Positions 56,219 to 64,000 of a stretch of DNA of 64,000 nt are shown piece after piece (positions within the stretch are counted from its first letter, which is position 1; every line of letters begins with the position of its first letter). Origin of the DNA: Eledone cirrhosa (Eukaryota). Location: assembly GCA_964016885.1 (NCBI GenBank), contig OZ024746.1:57970001-58034000 (forward strand). Direction: 5' to 3'. The notes beneath the pieces were generated by a model that saw nothing but the letters and a program-made list of their open reading frames with translations, was not told where the DNA came from and made no database searches. Both the position numbers and the translations under genes were made by a program.

Positions 56219-58244
56219 CACATGCACGTGCACACACATACAAACACACACAAACACACCCTCACACACCACATGCACACTAACTTTATACTTCACGACT
56301 ATATGGTTTTAAATAATAGTGTCATAATGGTTTCCAGCAACTTCAGATTCTATGCAAGGAAAACGTCAATTGGATTGAATTCAGTACTTGACTTTATCGA
56401 CACTTGAATGGTGAATGACGAAATATGAAGACGAATTGTAAAGTGGGGTAAGAAAGAATTTTTCCGGCGTTCGGACAATCCCACACCCCGTTATTCATAA
56501 TAGGATTGGTTTTTAATTGAGGCACAATGTTAACAATTTGAAGGAAAGGGCTATCCAATGCTTTCGGTATATCAAAATTTGTTTTCAATGTTTCACATCC
56601 AGCCGCCCTGATATTTAAAGCATTCAATGTACTTGATTGTTCAGCCATCCCCTGCCATGAAATGTGTGTCTTCTTGATTTAAATGTACTATTTCAGTCTT
56701 CTTAACATTAAAGCGTTGCCTCACACACGTTAGTCCTGTTATCTCAATGCATATCCTCTGCATGCTTAATTTATTCTTAATTTGTTGGTATATCCTTCGC
56801 AAAGTCAGTGTCAATTAAGATATTTGGTTTAAGTCTGCGGTCAAGCATGAATCCTAGGTCTTCCTTTCAACTGTTGCCTTTTGCATTGCATAGTCAAGCA
56901 GAATTACATAATAATAGAGCTCAAGTATATCTCCTTCTAACACACTTGCAAATGCTGTAGTACCATACGCAGTGTATTTCATTAGAAATTTAGAAATGTA
57001 TGGGTAAAAATCGAATAGTAGTGAATAAATCATTGAAACAATATGACAAAAACTAAAACGAACATGCAAACATGCAAATTCATAAACACATGAATTAATC
57101 ACAACTTCAGAACAAAATAAGAAACATGACATATTAGCCAAATATTCTGTAAGTATATATACATATACAGGTGGTTCAGAATTTGTGGGGACCTAACTGG
57201 GGCCTAACTGCTTCACACCTCTTATGTTGTTATAATTGTTGTTATAATTATTTATTTTTATTTTATATTGTTTACTCGATTATATTGTAAACCTCCAATG
57301 TCATTGTCTTTTGTATTATTCTCTATATGTCGGCCCTTATGGCCAATAAAATAATTATGATTATTTTTATGGTTAATTTTTGTATATCTCAGACAGATAT
57401 TAAACGTGTGAGTGGCTGTGTATCTGTCTGTGTGTATGTGTCTGTGTGTGCATGTATGTGTGTATGGGTGTGTGTATGATTTTGTGTGTGCATGTGTGTG
57501 AGGGTGTGTGTGCGTGTGCATGTGTGTGTGTGAGTGTGTGTGTTTTCATCTTTTTCGATACTGTTATTTTTCTACGTTTCGTTCACACTTTTGTTATTTT
57601 TGGCCTGCCATTCATAGCATCTAATTGTTTAATGGCCGTTATATCAATGTAGTTAAGCGATGGTCTCTAGATTGGTTGGCCACATGGGAGGAAATATCCA
57701 AATACTAATCATACACTAATCTTGTTATAGAAGAACGCCATTTGACAGTCTTTTAACAATCACAGTTCATAAGCTGTTATAAGGTGAGCCATTGTCATAA
57801 AAAAGGGTTAAAGAAAGAAATCAGCAGTATACTATTATATGTTCCTACTGTTCAAACATATATTCACCAGTGGGAATTTAACAATTCGATTAATTCTTTT
57901 ATTCTGCGTTATGCAAGTAACAAACTACACGCCATATTGTATTTCAATTTCGCTCGTCAACGTTATATATTTTAACAATATCTTAGTGTAACTATTGTAT
58001 GCGTTAGGTTATGTGACTGATTGAAGTAGTTTAGTCACAAAAGAGGATAACTTAATGTCTAGCAATTCTCAAAATATAGTCTTTATTCACATGAGTCTAC
58101 ATGAGATAAATGAAACCAAGAAATGTTCTCAGGTTCACGGGTAATATATTCGACAGTTAATACAAGAATTACGACAAATACCGAACGATTGTACGTCAGA
58201 GAACGAAACTTTGTAGTTCCAGTAGTAGTGGTGGTAGTATCGTA

Positions 58245-58245
<1 letters not shown>

Positions 58246-58310
<65 letters not shown>
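58246..58310. repeat. (TAG)n microsatellite
   Basis: Seen directly. Confidence 0.95.
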
Positions 58311-58337
58311 CAGCAGTGCTGCAGATAATTTTTCTCA

Positions 58338-58991
58338 TCTATATATATAAAACTGAGGATGTCTGTCTGTGTGTGTGTGTGCGTGTATGTCTGTGAGTTT
58401 GAATCCTTAAAACTCGAGAAGTACCCAACTGATCGTTTTCAAACTTTACATGTGTATTACTTCTGTTTCAGGGAGTGTTACGCACATAGAAAATTCAACT
58501 TTTTTGTATACCCTAGGGCCCATTAGATGAAAAACTGCGTTTTTTCAGCTTTTTAGGGTTTTTTTGAGGCGTTACGTCAGACCGATTTCCATGAAATTGT
58601 AACTATGTATTATTCAGTCTCTTCGTCATACCGTGAGCAAAGAAAATCTAACTTGTTTATGGCCTAGGGACCGCATTAGGTGAAAGACGTCATTTTTTCA
58701 GCTTTTGTCAGCTTTTTGAGGCGTTATGTCTAGCCGATTTTCCCGAAATTTCAAGGCATATTTTGAACATAAAAAAAAATCATTTTCTTGATCCCCTAGG
58801 GCTCGAATTAGGTGAAAACCTGCATTTTTCCTGCTTCATTGCGGAAAATCTTAAAGATTATCCAGCCATCAGAGTATTCGGTTTATTTTCTTTACATATT
58901 GTCCAGGCATGCAATTTTTCCCCGATTAAATCTGTCGGCGGCCTGCCTACCAAAATACCTTATCCCATGCAACGCCGGGTACCACTGCTAG
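58338..58991 (+). mobile_element. Non-autonomous Helitron
   Basis: A|TC 5' end (TCTATATATATAAAA..GTCTGTCTG), 3' hairpin CCCATGCAACGCCGGG followed by CTAG|T; internal ~140-150-bp subrepeats. Confidence 0.75.
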
Positions 58992-59048
<57 letters not shown>

Positions 59049-59693
59049 TACGGAGTATTCACAACCTCTAACTGGATAACCTATAACGATAATTTGTTAT
59101 CCCATATATATATATATATATAATATATATAGTAATAATAATAAAATTGAAGACTAAAGTCCAAAGAGGGCTCGATAAGAATAAATATATATCAAATATA
59201 TAAGAACCGTAGAGCAAATATTTATTAAATAACAGATTAAAGTTTAAGCAAAGAATCGCTGCTTTCACCCTTAACGGGATCTTCTGAAACTAACAAAGTC
59301 AATCTGTAAACGCAGAACTGGATATTTCAGAAAACGTTGCAACCGGAGGAAGACAGGAAGACGATACTTTGGTTCGTGGAAACGTTCGGTGGCAAAGAAC
59401 GGGAAAAAACGAATAATACGTCATTAATAGGAGCGGTGAAAAACAATTACGCGCAAAGACAGAACCACGTTTATGGTATAAAAGAGGTCGTAGACTAATG
59501 TTCTCTTAGGTGGTGCATAGAGACGTTCTCTGGCAATGAACGAAAAAACGAAGATAATAAGTCATATGTGGAGCGTGGAGAACAATAGCACGCAAAGACA
59601 AAACCACGTAAATGGTATAGCAGAAGTCGTAGACTAAAATTCTAACTAGGAGACCAAATGAATCTCTGCTACAGAGTTAAGAAAAAAGTAAAT

Positions 59694-60237
<544 letters not shown>

Positions 60238-60337
60238 ATATATATATAAGCACGCATGCATGTTCCCCTAATTCCTGAGGGTGTCGTTTGGGCGTTTATA
60301 TATATTTAGTGTTGTTATTATTTTTCTCTATATATAC

Positions 60338-60512
60338 GGCGGTGGAGTGTCGGACGCCATGATTTGCAGCACATAGTTAAGGCCCTTTCCCGTCTGAGTT
60401 CAAATCCCGGTGAGATTAACTTCGAATTTCATCTTTACGGAGTGGATAAAATAAAATACCAGTAATGGACTGGAAAAATTGCTGGCCTTGTCCCAAAAGT
60501 AGAAACAATTAT
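60338..60512 (+). mobile_element. tRNA-derived SINE
   Basis: Diverged full match to the SINE family. Confidence 0.8.
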
Positions 60513-60596
60513 TTTTCTTCATATAGATGTAAAAATATGTGTTTATTAATTAGCAGAAAATGTATTATGTAGAGATATATTATACACAAAGGGAAA

Positions 60597-60725
<129 letters not shown>

Positions 60726-60740
60726 CTCTGATATATATAT

Positions 60741-62695
60741 ATATAGCTCTGATTCATCTGAATTATTGAGCCCTCTGCCGCTCTTATCGAATCTCGTTTA
60801 TCGTGAACTCGTGCGCCGATTTTTCGATACTCGATCTTTCTAATATATTTAGCTCTGGACATAGCTATCCACCAGTTAATTTTATTGCTCATTTTTTGTC
60901 GATTCTATTGAGTGATGAATAGCTTTTGTTTTATTTTAACATGTCTATTGAGCACTCTAATTCGATATGTGTATTTCCACATTCACTCGAATTGTTTTCG
61001 AGGATATAGGGGTCATCTCCCTTGTCTAATGCCATGTGCGTTTTTCACTGGTAGTTGGCTCCTCTGCCGCCAGGAAAAAACTCGTTGAGAAAGTAAACCT
61101 CCGTTCCGCTTACTCTAGTAGGCTTTTATATTTATATGTGAGCTGATAGAGTACAGTCTAAGGATTTACAGAAACCCATGAAGCTAGATTTAACACCTGT
61201 CTAGTGGGTCCGGGTATGATTTTACATTCATTTAAATTATTGACGTATTGTTTTATTGATATTTTTTATCTGTTTGTCCCGAATCTTCCTCTATCGATTT
61301 TAAATCGTATGGTTGATTGTAGACTTGTTCTATATGTGACGGTATTTTAACGATAGTTATAGCTCTGATTCATCTGAATTATTGAGCCCTCTGCCGCTCT
61401 TATCGAATCTCGTTTATCGTGAACTCGTGCGCCGATTTTTCGATACTCGATCTTTCTAATATATTTAGCTCTGGACATAGCTATCCACCAGTTAATTTTA
61501 TTGCTCATTTTTTGTCGATTCTATTGAGTGATGAATAGCTTTTGTTTTATTTTAACATGTCTATTGAGCACTCTAATTCGATATGTGTATTTCCACATTC
61601 ACTCGAATTGTTTTCGCGGATATAGGGGTCATCTCCCTTGTCTAATGCCATGTGCGTTTTTCACTGGTAGTTGGCTCCTCTGCCGCCAGGAAAAAACTCG
61701 TTGAGAAAGTAAACCTCCGTTCCGCTTACTCTAGTAGGCTTTTATATTTATATGTGAGCTGATAGAGTACAGTCTAAGGATTTACAGAAACCCATGAAGC
61801 TAGATTTAACACCTGTCTAGTGGGTCCGGGTATGATTTTACATTCATTTAAATTATTGACGTATTGTTTTATTGATATTTTTTATCTGTTTGTCCCGAAT
61901 CTTCCTCTATCGATTTTAAATCGTATGGTTGATTGTAGACTTGTTCTATATGTGACGGTATTTTAACGATAGTTATAGCTCTGATTCATCTGAATTATTG
62001 AGCCCTCTGCCGCTCTTATCGAATCTCGTTTATCGTGAACTCGTGCGCCGATTTTTCGATACTCGATCTTTCTAATATATTTAGCTCTGGACATAGCTAT
62101 CCACCAGTTAATTTTATTGCTCATTTTTTGTCGATTCTATTGAGTGATGAATAGCTTTTGTTTTATTTTAACATGTCTATTGAGCACTCTAATTCGATAT
62201 GTGTATTTCCACATTCACTCGAATTGTTTTCGCGGATATAGGGGTCATCTCCCTTGTCTAATGCCATGTGCGTTTTTCACTGGTAGTTGGCTCCTCTGCC
62301 GCCAGGAAAAAACTCGTTGAGAAAGTAAACCTCCGTTCCGCTTACTCTAGTAGGCTTTTATATTTATATGTGAGCTGATAGAGTACAGTCTAAGGATTTA
62401 CAGAAACCCATGAAGCTAGATTTAACACCTGTCTAGTGGGTCCGGGTATGATTTTACATTCATTTAAATTATTGACGTATTGTTTTATTGATATTTTTTA
62501 TCTGTTTGTCCCGAATCTTCCTCTATCGATTTTAAATCGTATGGTTGATTGTAGACTTGTTCTATATGTGACGGTATTTTAACGATAGTTATAGCTCTGA
62601 TTCATCTGAATTATTGAGCCCTCTGCCGCTCTTATCGAATCTCGTTTATCGTGAACTCGTGCGCCGATTTTTCGATACTCGATCTTTCTAATATA
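60741..62695. repeat. 616-bp tandem repeat, about 3.2 copies, near-identical
   Basis: AGCTCTGATTCATCTG recurs at 60745, 61361, 61977 and 62593; (TA)n on both flanks. Confidence 0.95.
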
Positions 62696-63055
62696 TATAT
62701 ATAAATATAAAATACATGCAGTACAGGAGGAAATTAACGTATTAATTACTTGGATTCAAATACTAAAACAATGTATTCAATGTTTCTTTGTAGACTTTAT
62801 TTATATATATATTATCATTCATGGATTTATTCTTCTATTTCGTTTGTAGTATTTGTTCGTATAAAACTATACTGAAACTAGTATGAGATGTACATTTTGG
62901 CCAAGTCTATTTATCTAACTCTAATACTCAATACTTCGTTTACAATTAGATCCTCATAGGATCGGTTGGGATCTCTGTTATAAAGTATTTATATTACATG
63001 TATTTTCAGAGTGTATAGAGAAAAGACATTCACAAGACGTTTAAAAATGATATTA

Positions 63056-63123
<68 letters not shown>

Positions 63124-63210
63124 AATAATATATATATATATATATATATATATGAACTCGTCGATAATTGCTGGCCTTGTGCCAAATGTAGAAACAATTA
63201 TATATATATG

Positions 63211-63289
<79 letters not shown>

Positions 63290-64000
63290 AACAAGGGGAG
63301 AAGAATACTGCGTGGTTGCACATGGATTACATATTATAAAATTAATCCCTCATTAGTGATTTGCCAACCATCATTGGTATTTCATCGCATTAAAAATCAG
63401 ATGTCTCAGGTTGGTGCGAGCAATAAATAAAATAAGCTATTGGGACAAGTGAAACGCGTAAAGCGAGTAAGACAAGTAAACAACAAGAAAGTAAAGCAAA
63501 CCGAAGGTTGGAAAAACAGCAAGCAACATGATGTTTATCCGATCAGCATAAGCTGGGTGAATTTCATGAGCGGTCAGAGAAGCAGACCGTACGCCGTGAA
63601 TGATATATATAGTATAAAAGAGAAAACACAGGTAAGCATTAAGAGAAGGATTTTATCCAGGTATTTACGACCGTTTCATTGGTAAGTGCAACCTTATATT
63701 GCTATACTGCAAATAGCAGCCACTCAATTATAATTGTTGTTCACAGTCCAAATTTTCAAAAGAATGAGTAAGTTGCTCTTGAAATAATTCTTAATATATA
63801 GAGAAAAACATTTATTTGGAATTGTATTTACTAGTATAGAGAGAGAGGAATTAGAAGGTGAGGTGACAAACGGAATAGTATAGAGAGGGAGGAAGGGGGA
63901 AGGGGTAGGAAGTAGAGTGACAAACTGAGATGGAGGGAGGGGTAGAGGTGGAAGGATTCATTGGTCAGTTTTGATAGCAGACTTCATGTCGTGGAATGTA

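Noticed and set aside
56394-56648. 84-aa ORF as a possible host exon or LTR integrase remnant
   Set aside because: No recognisable motif or splice context.
61083-61190. HHR-like words in the 616-bp unit (TTGAGAA-AGTAA..TTACT; CTGATAGA..GAAAC)
   Set aside because: The first lacks GAAA after stem II and the second lacks a UH site and closing stems.

Overview
AT-rich animal genomic DNA packed with microsatellites and repeats. The SINE family and (TA)n/(CA)n content suggest a cephalopod such as Octopus, which is an inference. I found no convincing host protein-coding exon; almost all listed ORFs are microsatellite translations or antisense ORFs. The window is dominated by Penelope-like retroelements (PLEs) inserted into (TA)n tracts: (i) a 5'-truncated RT + GIY-YIG PLE with a 1.2-kb inverted pseudo-LTR (30315-33830); (ii) an adjacent head-to-tail array of a second PLE, pLTR-ORF-pLTR-ORF-pLTR with a ~3.55-kb period (33853-42360), whose two ORFs share one in-frame TAA; (iii) many short, often palindromic pLTR remnants. 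Reading both strands by eye gives more than 20 type-I hammerhead ribozyme (HHR) motifs in roughly nine sequence families. These include a U3-A8 core variant (UUGAGAA) in the tandem PLE and a CUGACUA core variant in a 324-nt circularly permuted, retrozyme-like unit that also has octamer and CTCF-like motifs. Also present are a young 616-bp x3.2 tandem insertion, many tRNA-derived SINEs, R4/Dong-like LINE fragments, a non-autonomous Helitron and MITE/foldback elements. All RNA structures were inferred by eye and none has been tested.
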